Positions 39,601 to 51,600 of a stretch of DNA of 64,000 bases are shown here, piece after piece (the stretch's first letter is position 1; each line of letters begins with the position of its first letter). Source of the stretch: Nemertoderma westbladi. Taxonomy: Eukaryota > Animalia > Xenacoelomorpha. Position numbers and translations under genes: made by a program. Under the pieces are notes generated by a model that made no database searches, was not told where the DNA came from, and saw only the letters and a list, made by a program, of their open reading frames with translations. The stretch is from the NCBI GenBank assembly GCA_032718475.1, contig JAUCBJ010002449.1, positions 28,077 through 92,076 of the forward strand, written 5' to 3'.

Positions 39601-42600
39601 GAAACAGAGTGGAAGGGTTTACTGTTGAAGATCACCCATGGTGGTGAACAGATATTCCTTTAGGAAACAGAGTGGTAAGGTTTACTGTGGAAGAAAGATC
39701 ACCCATGGTGGTGAACAGGCATTCCTTTAGGAAACAGAGTGGAAGGGTTTACTGTGGAAGATCACCCATGGTGATGAACAGACATTCCTTTAGGAAACAG
39801 AGTGGAAGAGTTTACTGTGGAAGATCACCCATGGTGGTGAACAGACATTCCTTTAGGAAACAGAGTGGAAAGGTTTACTGTGGAAGATCACCGATGGTGG
39901 TGAACAGACATTCCTTTAGGAAACAGAGTGGAAGGGTTTACTGTGGAAGATCACCCATGGTGGTGAACAGACATTCCTTTAGGAAACAGAGTGGAAGGGT
40001 TTACTGTGGAAGATCAACCATGGTGGTGAACAGACATTCCTTTAGGAAACAGAGTGGAAGGGTTTACTGTGGAAGATCAACCATGGTGGTGAACAGGCAT
40101 TCCTTTAGGAAATAGAGTGGAAAGGTTTACTGTGGAAGATCACCCATGGTGGTGAACAGACATTCCTTTAGGAAACAGAGTGGAAGGGTTTACTGTTGAA
40201 GATCACCCATGGTGGTGAACAGACATTCCTTTAGGAAACAGAGTGGAAGGGTTTACTGTTGAAGATCACCCATGGTGGTGAACAGACATTCCTTTAGGAA
40301 ACAGAGTGGAAGGGTTTGCTGTTGAAGATCACCCATGGTGGTGAACAGACATTCCTTTAGGAAACAGAGTGGAAGGGTTTACTGTGGAAGATCACCCATG
40401 GTGATGAACAGACATTCCTTTAGGAAACAGAGTGGAAGGGTTTACTGTGGAAGATCACCGATGGTGGTGAACAGACATTCCTTTAGGAAACAGAGTGGAA
40501 GGGTTTACTGTGGAAGATCACCCATGGTGGTGAACAGACATTCCTTTAGGAAACAGAGTGGAAGGGTTTACTGTTGAAGATCACCCATGGTGGTGAACAG
40601 ACATTCCTTTAGGAAACAGAGTGGAAGGGTTTACTGTGGAAAATCACCCATGGTGGTGAACAGACATTCCTTTAGGAAACAGAGTGGAAGGGTTTACTGT
40701 GGAAGATCACCGATGGTGGTGAACAGACATTCCTTTAGGAAACAGAGTTGAAGGGTTTACTGTGGAAGAAAGATCACCCATGGTGGTGAACAGACATTCC
40801 TTTAGGAAACAGAGTGGAAGGGTTTACTGTTGAAGATCACCCATGGTGGTGAACAGACATTCCTTTAGGAAACAGAGTGGAAGGGTTTGCTGTTGAAGAT
40901 CACCCATGGTGGTGAACAGACATTCCTTTAGGAAACAGAGTGGAAGGGTTTACTGTTGAAGATCACCCATGGTGGTGAACAGACATTCCTTTAGGAAACA
41001 GAGTGGAAGGGTTTGCTGTTGAAGATCACCCATGGTGGGGAACAGACATTCCTTTAGGAAACAGAGTGGAAGGGTTTACTGTTGAAGATCACCCATGGTG
41101 GTGAACAGACATTCCTTTAGGAAACAGAGTGGAAGGGTTTACTGTGGAAGATCACCCATGGTGGTGAACAGGCATTCCTTTAGGAAACAGAGTGGAAGGG
41201 TTTACTGTGGAAGATCACACATGGTGGTGAAAAGGCACTCCTTTAGGAAACAGAGTGGAAGGGTTTACTGTGGAAGATCACCCATGGTGGTGAACAGACA
41301 TTCCTTTAGGAAACAGAGTGGAAGGGTTTACTGTGGAAGATCACCCATGGTGATGAACAGACATTCCTTTAGGAAACAGAGTGGAAGGGTTTACTGTGCA
41401 AGATCACCGATGGTGGTGAACAGACATTCCTTTAGGAAACAGAGTTGAAGGGTTTACTGTGGAAGAAAGATCACCCATGGTGGTGAACAGACATTCCTTT
41501 AGGAAACAGAGTGGAAGGGTTTACTGTGGAAGATCACCGATGGTGGTGAACAGACATTCCTTTAGGAAACAGAGTGGAAGGGTTTGCTGTTGAAGATCAC
41601 CCATGGTGGTGAACAGACATTCCTTTAGGAAACAGAGTGGAAGGGTTTACTGTGGAAGATCACCGATGGTGGTGAACAGACATTCCTTTAGGAAACAGAG
41701 TGGAAGGGTTTGCTGTTGAAGATCACCCATGGTGGTGAACAGACATTCCTTTAGGAAACAGAGTGGAAGGGTTTACTGTGGAAGATCACCGATGGTGGTG
41801 AACAGACATTCCTTTAGGAAACAGAGTGGAAGGGTTTGCTGTTGAAGATCACCCATGGTGGTGAACAGACATTCCTTTAGGAAACAGAGTGGAAGGGTTT
41901 ACTGTGGAAGATCACCCATGGTGATGAACAGACATTCCTTTAGGAAACAGAGTGGAAGGGTTTACTGCGGAAGATCACCGATGGTGGTGAACAGACATTC
42001 CTTTAGGAAACAGAGTGGAAGGGTTTACTGTGGAAGATCACCCATGGTGGTGAACAGACATTCCTTTAGGAAACAGAGTGGAAGGGTTTACTGTGGAAGA
42101 TCACCCATGGTGATGAACAGACATTCCTTTAGGAAACAGAGTGGAAGGGTTTACTGTGTAAGATCACCCATGGTGGTGAACAGGCATTCCTTTAGGAAAC
42201 AGAGTGGAAGGGTTTACTGTGGAAGATCACCCATGGTGGTGAACAGACATTCCTTTAGGAAACAGAGTGGAAGGGTTTACTGTGGAGTTAGTTTCTAGTT
42301 AATGGTTATAAATCTCTCTGATAGTATATAACGTACATAACAGTTAGTATATAATAACTAACGGTTAGTATATTACGTACCTAACAGTTTGCTCTCAACC
42401 GCCTCTTTTAGGTGCTGATGGAAGAAGCTGAGCAGACCACCCGGTCGTTCTACCAACGTTCCCATGGCAGCCGATAGGAAGGTAGCGAGATGGAAGGAGG
42501 TGACCTCGTGGTCACCCTGGTAACCAATGATGTCCAGACAACCGAGCAGCTCAGTGCGAGATAAACCGTGGCGGGAGCAGGCGATAAGTCTGAGTACATC

Positions 42601-45600
42601 GGCCACCCAGCCATCGGCAACGCCATCTAGTGGAGAGAGAGAGAGAACAGTCAAACCGTGGTGGGGCGCCATCTCGTGGAGAGAGAGAGAACAGTTAAAC
42701 TGTGGAGGGGCGCCATCTAGTGGAGAGAGAGAGAACAGTCAAACTGTGGTGGGGCGCCATCTAGTGGAGAGAGAGAACAGTCAAACTGTGGTGGGGCGCC
42801 ATCTAGTGGAGAGAGAGAACAGCTAAACTGTGGTGGGGCGCCATCTAGTGGAGAGAGAGAGAACAGTTAAACTGTGGTGGGGCGCCATCTAGTGGAGAGA
42901 GAGAGAACAGTTAAACTGTGGTGGGTCGCCATCTAGTGGAGAGAGAGAGAAAACAGTTAAACTGTGGTGGGGCGCCATCTAGTGGATAGAGAGAGAACAG
43001 TTAAACTGTGGTGGGGCGCCATCTAGTGGAGAGAGAGAGAACAGTTAAACTGTGGAGGGGCGCCATCTAGTGGAGAGAGAGAGAGCAGTTAAACTGTGGT
43101 GGGGCGCCATCTAGTGGAGAGAGAGAAAACAGTTAAACTGTGGTGGGGCGCCATCTAGTGGAGAGAGAGAGCAGTTAAACTGTGGTGGGGCGCCATCTAG
43201 TGGAGAGAGAGAGAACAGTCAAACTGTGGTGGGGCGCCACCGCGGTGAGGTGGGGCGCCACCGCGGTGTGGTGGGGTGCCACCGCGGTGAGGTGGGGCGC
43301 CACCGCGGTGTGGTGGGGCGCCACCGCGGTGAGGTGGGGCGCCACCGCGGTGTGGTGGGGCGCCACCGCGGTGTGGTGGGGCGCCACCGCGGTGAGGTGG
43401 GGCGCCACCGCGGTGTGGTGGGGCGCCACCGCGGTGAGGTGGGGCGCCACCGCGGTGAGGTGGGGGATATCCCCTGTGATACTAACAGATGTGGTCTTAT
43501 GAATTTTAAGGTACGGTACATGTAAGATAAGCGCAGACAGACGCCGCCATGTCGCAAACAGTTTAATTATAGTAATAATGTTTTTGTTTATTTGTTGATA
43601 TTTGTTGATATTTTGTTGATGAGTTCAGTTTCGTGACCGCGAGTCTCTCTCCTTGGATGGTTTGTATGGATCAATCGGTTTGTCTATTCGGTCAGTTATG
43701 TCTCAGGGCTCAGGGCAGTCGTCGTCCCAACGGTGCTGTCAGTGTGGGATCCGCGCTTGTACCACTTCTAGTCGTTGTCGTTGTGTCCGTGCCGGGCAAC
43801 CCTGCACCAGCTGCTCGCCTTTGTCTGTTGGCAATTGCCTGAACCCGCACCTCATATCGGGGGCCTCCATTAGTCCCCTAGTGGATGACACTCTGCTGCA
43901 TGAATCCACTGGCGACAACTCGGATGGGGATAGCTCGGATACCGATTCGTTTTCGAGTGCGATAACGCAGATAACTCAGATTCCCCGAGTCGTCGACACC
44001 GTTTTTCCCCCGTTATCTTTGCCTGGGAGTGCGAGTTCTCCTCCTTTCCCTACCACTGTGGAGCTTTTGGAGTCGGCCTTCGGTGGCCAGTGGTTAAACT
44101 CTCCTGGCTCTTCCACCGATCCGTATTGGGAGGCCAATTATTCGCGCCTCACCTGCCTTACTTGTTGCCAGTATATTGTGCCGGGTGGCAATGTGGGACG
44201 CAAAATCGCCGACTTAGTCGCTCGCGAGCTGGTATTTCTGACGGACGGTATCCACCCCTCGGAACGATCACTCTGTTGCGTGGCTACCATATTCCAGCGA
44301 GACCCAGACGTGACAAAAAGTGCGGATATTCGGCGTACTATGCTGCGCCGGATTGGCATGTGGGAGCGAGAGGAGTATAAGCAGCTGGTGGTGGAGGCGG
44401 AGCGCTGCAGCTCCAAGTTCGCTAAGTCCCGGGGATCGGCAAAAGTAAACCCGGGTCGGTTGTATAATCGGAAAATACTGGTGGGACAGAATCGGGCGGC
44501 AGTTCGTCTCATTACCGAGAGGGACAGTGGTGGAATTTTAGACCCCAATTCCCAGGCAGAGGGGCGAGCACCTGGGATTACCGTACGTGAGGTTCTGGCA
44601 GAAAAACATCCCCCTCAGATGCAGGTTTCGCCGGACGCGTTTGAACCCTGTGACGACCTACCAGCCTTCGAGGATGTCGACATTACTGGTCAGCACGTCC
44701 TCAAGGTTACTCGAGTGCTACGTGGTGGAGCTGGTCCGATCGGCGGAGACGCCGAATTATGGAGTGCGTTGCTTACCCGCTACGAGGCGCACAGCTCCCG
44801 CCTCAGGGAGGCCGTCGCCGGGTTGGCTCGACGCCTCGCCAACTCGGTGGTACCTTGGGGCGAGATCCGCGCGCTGCGTGCCTGTCGCCTCGTCGCAATT
44901 GATAAGGAACCCGGTGTCCGCCCCATCGGCATTGGGGAGGTCCTGTACCGGTTGCTGACTAACTGCCTCACAGCCGCCACCAAGATGGATTTCATCATGG
45001 AATGCGGGGCGGATCAACTCTGTGCGGGTGTTAAGGCGGGTGTCGAGGGCGCCGTCCATGCGATGGCTTCATTGTATGAGGACGACTCCACCGAGGGGAT
45101 GCTCCTCGTAGACGCCTCTAATGCCTTTAACAGTTTGAGTCGCCCCGTGGCCCTGTGGAATGCGCGGGTCTACTGGCACCGGTGTTCCCGTTACCTCTTT
45201 AATGCATACAACGGCCATGCCACTCTCTTCTTACAAGGGTCTGATGTACCGCTCTGGAGCAGGGAAGGGTACACCCAGGGCGACCCGGCCGCCATGCTTG
45301 GGTATGGCTGTGGGACCCTTCCCATGATACGGAGGCTACGGGACATCCGGATACCTGAGTGTCCTGGCAACCCGCCGTCGTCCCTACCTGGCGTCCCTTC
45401 GTCGACCCTGCCTGGTAACCTGCCGTCGACCCTGCACGGCGACTCGCCATCGACCGTACCCTGCAACCCGCAGTCGACCCTACCCGGCAACCCGCCTTCG
45501 ACCCTACCCGACAACCCGCCGTCGACCCTACCCGGCAACCCGCCGTTGACCCTATCCGGCAACCCGCCGTCGACCCAATCCGGTAACCCGCCGTTGATCC

Positions 45601-48600
45601 TACCTGGCAACCCGCCGTCGACCCTACCCGGCTTCCCGCCGTCGACCCTACCCGGCAACCCGCTGTTGACCCTACCCGGCAACCCGCCATCGTCCCTGCT
45701 TGGCGACCCGCCGTCTACCTTACCCGATAACCCGCCGTCGACCCTACCCGGCAACCCGCCGTCGACCCCACCCGGCAATCTGCCGTCGACCCTGCCTGGG
45801 GACCCGCTGTCAACCCTACCCGGCAACCCGCCATCGTTCCTGCTTGGCGACCCGCCGTCTACCTTACCCGATAACCCGTCACTGACCCTACCTGGCAACC
45901 CGCCGTCGACCCTACCCGGAAATCAGCCGTCGAACCTGCCTGGCGACCCGCCGTCAACCCTACCCGGCAACCCGCCATCGACCCCGCCTGGCAACCCAAC
46001 ACCGCACCACCAAAGACAGTGCTGGTATGCCGATGATGCCTCATCTGCTGGTTCCCTCGCTGGTGTGCTCCGTTGGTGGGAGGAGTTGCTCCTCAGTGGA
46101 CCCCGAATTGGGTACAACCCGGAGCCCACCAAGTCCTACTTGGTGGTGAAACCGGCGTATGTTGAGCAGGCACACGAGATGTTTGGGAGGTCGGGCGTTC
46201 GGATCGTCTCCGGTCACAGGTTTCTGGGCGGTTATGTTGGTGATTCCCAGGGGCTGCGGGGTTTCATCGCGGAGAAAGTTGCGGGGTGGGTCTACAGCAT
46301 CGGTAGATTGGCGGAGGTGGCCGAGGATTATCCCCAGACCGCTCATACGGGAATGTCCCGCTGCTTACAAGCGGAGTGGGACTTCCTGCTCCGGGTGGTT
46401 GAAATCGACGATGAGGATTTGGCTCCGATCCGGGAGGCGCTGCAGCACAGTTACATCCCGGCATTGTTCGGGATACCCCTCGGTGCTGTTGACGAAGACT
46501 TGGTTCTTTTGCCAGTCCGACACGGTGGGATCGGGATTCGGGACCCGTTAATGCGACGGTGCCACGCTAGAGAGGCGTCGCTGGCCGGCACAGCTGGGGT
46601 GGTTGATGCGCTGCTGTCGGACCGCCCCCTCCAGGTCGCAGACCACGCCGCGTGTCTCGCGTCGGCCCTCGCTGAAAGCCGCATTACCCAAGACGCGGCT
46701 TACAAGGCGAGACTGGAGTCCGCCCTCCTCGCTGTTCCTGCCGAACGGCGCCGCACGGTGGAGCGCACGGTCTCCCACAAGACGGGAGGGTGGCTGACCG
46801 CTCAGCCTTCGGCGGTGGACCACACCGACCTGGATCCCGAAGTGTTCCGGGACAACCTTGCCTTGCGGTATGGGTTGACGCCGCCCGGCCTCCCGGCTAA
46901 GTGCGAGGGGTGTGGGGAGTCTTTTTCGACGTCCCACGCCCTTAATTGCAAGTCGGGGGGCTTGATTATCAAGCGGCACAACGAGGTGCGGGAGGTCTTC
47001 GGGGACTTAATCGCGTCCGCGTTCGGGGGCTCGTGCGTCCAGCGTGAGGTTACGCTGGCGTCCGGCTACCTGGACAGACAGGGCCGCGAGGTGGGTGGAG
47101 TAAGGGCGGACCTTCTGGCGAGGGGAGTCTGGGCCGAACAGAGGGTGGCGTCATTTGACATTGCGGTTGTAAACGCTGACGCCCCCTCTTATGTTAACCG
47201 GTCCCTAGACTCCGTTCTCCAGCAGAGGGTCCGCGCCAAGAAGGTACACTATGCCGCAGTGTGCGAGGACCGTCGGATCTCCTTCACCCCCCTAGTCGGA
47301 ACCACCGACGGGGTGTGGTGCAAGGAGGCCGATATCCTAATCCGCCACCTCGCGGAGACCCTGGTGGCCCGGCAGCGTGGGATGCGCGAGCGAGGCCTAG
47401 CCTGTGTGCTGGGCGGAGTGCGGAGGCGCCTATTGTTTGCGCTGCTGCGCTCAAACTCCCTGTGCCTGCGTGGCGGTAGGCGGCCATGGAGGGCGCTCGG
47501 GTTTGGGGACGGTGCCGGTCTGCGGGGGTTTGACCTCCAAGACCGGTACTGAATCCAAGTTTTAGACTTGTGTTTGGTGGAGGGATGTAAAAATTCTTAC
47601 TAAATTTAATTTTGGTGGTGGTGGAAATTAAAATTAAAAATTGTAATAATAATAAATAATATTATATATCTGGTTTATTTTTAAAAAAATAATTATTTGT
47701 GTATAGAGTTTAATTATAGTTTAAAAATGTTTAATTACGGGTTATTCTACCAAAAACAATAAACCAATCACAGAGGTTAAGTTGTTTCCCGTAGTTACGC
47801 GTAACACCAGGCCCCCTTAAAGGTTTAATAAATTCCCACTACCTTATCAACTCACCATGGCAAACTAATTATGTAAGATAATATTATATTAAATATGAAT
47901 TTACATACTACGTCACGCACTAACAACTAATGGGTTGGCTGAGACAATGGACATTGGCCGAGACGCATATCAACGCAAACAGACTGTACTCTTGGTGTTT
48001 GTTAAGTACTGAGTGTCATTGTTTTAGAGACTGTTGGCTTAATTAGTAATTAGTATTTATAGAACTAACAAATTCATTATTTATCGCAAATTAAATAATA
48101 TTAAATAAACCTCCAAACCACAAAATAATATTTAAACGCAACTTCCAAATGTAATGTATTCAATTCATATAATATAACTTGTGAAATATATTTAAAAGGC
48201 TTTTGATTAAATACAAGAGAAAACAGTTCAATATGGGTCACTGTCATTGTATATTGTACTGATATTTGTAAGGGGAAGGGGGGGGGGGGGGGGGATAATA
48301 CAAGATCAGATCTGTCATTCTGTTGTCAAGGGGATCATAAAGTTACAGCTATTAAAATATGAAATTATATTTAATTCAGTAAAACAATATCCTAAAGTAA
48401 ACTATATTGTAAACATTACTTATCTACTTCTAAGAATATACAAACACACAAAAATAAAGTAATAAGGTAAATAATTGTAGCAAAATATTTAATTAAAATT
48501 CCATAGACGGAACCTATTAAACAGAGTTATTATATTATATTAATTAAATATCAATTATACATTGTCTTCGGCACTCGTAAATTAATTAGAACGATTTATT

Positions 48601-51600
48601 AATAATCAATAATTAAACAGAAGTTACAAATAATTAACCAGATTAATGTAAATTAATTGTTGAATATCATCAAATGGCGTCCAATATTGGAAAAATAGAA
48701 CATTTATTTAAAGTGTTGGTAATCGGTAGCCCGGCAACTGGTAAAACAAGCATCGTAAAGAGGTACGTCCATCAGCTGTTTACCACACATTATAAGGCTA
48801 CCGTTGGGGTTGACTTCGCTCTTAAAGTCATCCAATGGAACGACAGTATTCTAGTTCGTGTGCAGTTGTGGGACATTCAGGGACAAGAGTTGTACGAAAA
48901 CATGACGCGAGTTTACTACAAGGAAGCCACAGGCGCATTCGTGGTCTATGACGTCACACAACCTTCTACCTTCAACGCGGTGGAGCGATGGAAGTTGGAC
49001 CTGGACAGTAAAGCGTTCCTTAGCAACGGGGCAAACATACCCGCGGTTCTATTGGCTAATAAGTACGACCTGTTGGACGAGATGACGGAAGAGGAGTTGG
49101 TGAGGAAGGAGCGGTTTATGGAGAGGTTCTGCGAGGATAAAGGATTCCTCGCCTGGTTCAACACATCCGCTAAGACTAACATGAACATCGACGTAGCGGC
49201 GCGACGATTGGTCGAACAGATTCTAATTAACGTCGAAGAGCAGACCGAACAGGAAGACAATGACGCCATCAACCTACGGGACTCCAGGACCTCGGAACGT
49301 AAGCCAGGCGGTTGCTGCTAGTTACAGCCAATAGAAATCCTTTGTATATGTTCCCTTTTTGTTACAATATGCGAACTTTACCATCGCAATGCTGCAAAGT
49401 ACCACTTTACATCGCATCATTACGGCACATTTAGGTCGAAACGCTGAAAATTACTCAATACCATAGTAAATATAGACTTCTTGAGAACATCTTTATCCAT
49501 TGGAACTGCATGGTCTACGCCCTACACCCAAGGATTGGCCATTGAACTGAATGGTCTACGCCCTACACCCAAGGATTGGCCATTGAACTGAATGGTCTAC
49601 GCCCTACACCCAAGGATTGGCCATTGAGCTGCATGGTCTACGCCCTACACCCAAGGATTGGCCATTGAACTGAATGGTCTACGCCCTACACCCAAGGATT
49701 GGCCATTGAACTGAATGGTCTACGCCCTACACCTAAGGATTGGCCATTGAACTGCAGGGTCTACGCCCTACACCCAAGGATTGGCCAATGATGATATAAC
49801 ACGTGTAAGATTACTTGCGCCGTATAAATCGCAGTTGTTACTGCGATTTATTGCATAAAGGTATACGAATATTAATAATAATAATTAATAAAGAGATTAA
49901 TTACGTATGAGCATATTGTATAAAGCCAGACACATATTGTAACAAAATTATGTACATTATTGTATGAAAAATATACTATTCAGCGTTATAATCCATTGTT
50001 AATTAATTTATGTAAACCTTCCTCGCTGCGCTCGTTCGGTTAATAAATACAATCTATAAACTGGTTAATGGGTACTAATCACTGGTTAAGGGGTTACCAA
50101 TCACTGGTAAGTTGGTTACTAACCACTAGTTAGTCGGTTACTAATTACTGGCTAATAGGTTACTAACCACTGGTTAATGGGTTACTAACCACTGGCTAAT
50201 AGGTTACTAATCACTGGTTAATGGGTTACTAACCACAGGTTAATAGGTTACTAACCACTGGCTAATAGGTTACTAATCACTGGTTAATGGGTTACTAACC
50301 ACAGGTTAATAGGTTACTAACCACTGGCTAATAGGTTACTAACCACGGGATAGTCGGTTACTAACCACTGGCTAATAGGTTACTAACCACTGACTAATAG
50401 GTTACTAATCAATGGTTAATGGGTTACTATCCACTGGCTAATAGGTTACTAACCACTGGCTAATAGGTTACTAATCACTGGTTAATGGGTTACTAACCGC
50501 AGGATAATAGGGTACTAACCACTGGCTAATGGGTTACTATCCACTGGCTAATAGGTTACTAACCACTGGTGAGTCGGTTACTAACTACTGGCTAATAGGT
50601 TACTAACCACTGGTTAATGGGTTACTAACCACTGGCTAATAGGTTACTAATCACTGGATAATGGGTTACTAACCACAGGTTAATAGGTTACTAACCACTG
50701 GCTAATAGGTTACTAATCACTGGTTAATGGGTTACTAACCACAGGTTAATAGGATACTAACCACTGGCTAATGGGTTACTAACCACTGGCTAATGGGTTA
50801 CTAACCACAGGTTAATAGGTTACTAACCACTGGCTAATAGGTTACTAATCACTGGTTAATGGGTTACTAACCACAGGTTAATAGGATACTAACCACAGGC
50901 TAATAGGTTACTAACCACTGGCTAATAGGTTACTAATCACTGGTTAATGGGTTACTAACCACAGGTTAATAGGTTACTAACCACAGGTTAATAGGTTACT
51001 AACCACTGGCTAATAGGTTACTAACCACGGGATAGTCGGTTACTAACCACTGGCTAATAGGTTACTAACCACTGGCTAATAGGTTACTAACCACTGGCTA
51101 ATATGTTACTAACCACTGGCTAATAGGTTACTAATCACTGGTTAATAGGTTACTAACCACTGGCTAATAGGTTACTAACCACGGGATAGTCGGTTACTAA
51201 CCACGGGATAGTCGGTTACTAACCACTGGCTAATAGGTTACTAACCACTGACTAATAGGTTACTAATCACTGGTTAATGGGTTACTAACCACTGGCTAAT
51301 AGGTTACTAACCACTGGTGAGTCGGTTACTAACTACTGGCTAATATGTTACTAACCACTGGTTATGGGTTACTAACCACTGGCTAATAGGTTACTAATCA
51401 CTGGATAATGGGTTACTAACCACAGGTTAATGGGTTACTAACCACTGGCTAATAGGTTACTAACCACTGGTGAGTCGGTTACTAACTACTGGCTAATAGG
51501 TTACTAACCACAGAGTTAATAGGTTACTAACCACTGGCTAATAGGTTACTAACCACGGGATAGTCGGTTACTAACCACTGGCTAATAGGTTACTAACCAC

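Larger units (their letters stand above)
43574..47706 (+). mobile_element. CRE-clade (RLE-type) non-LTR retrotransposon, apparently intact; ends approximate
   Basis: GC-rich island with a single RT+RLE ORF; (TAA)n-like tract at about 47644; candidate 14-bp direct repeat AGTTTAATTATAGT at 43560-43573 and 47707-47720. Confidence 0.85.

Noticed and set aside
45363-45998. RT insert as an intein or collagen-like domain
   Set aside because: No intein terminal blocks (no C-terminal HN followed by C/S/T), and the periodicity is 8 aa rather than Gly-X-Y.
24027-47487. Antisense and alternate-frame ORFs over the two retroelements
   Set aside because: Shadows of GC- or purine-biased coding frames with no recognisable motifs.
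48247-48462. 71-aa ORF upstream of the Rab gene
   Set aside because: Non-ATG start, AT-rich, crosses a poly-G run, no motif.
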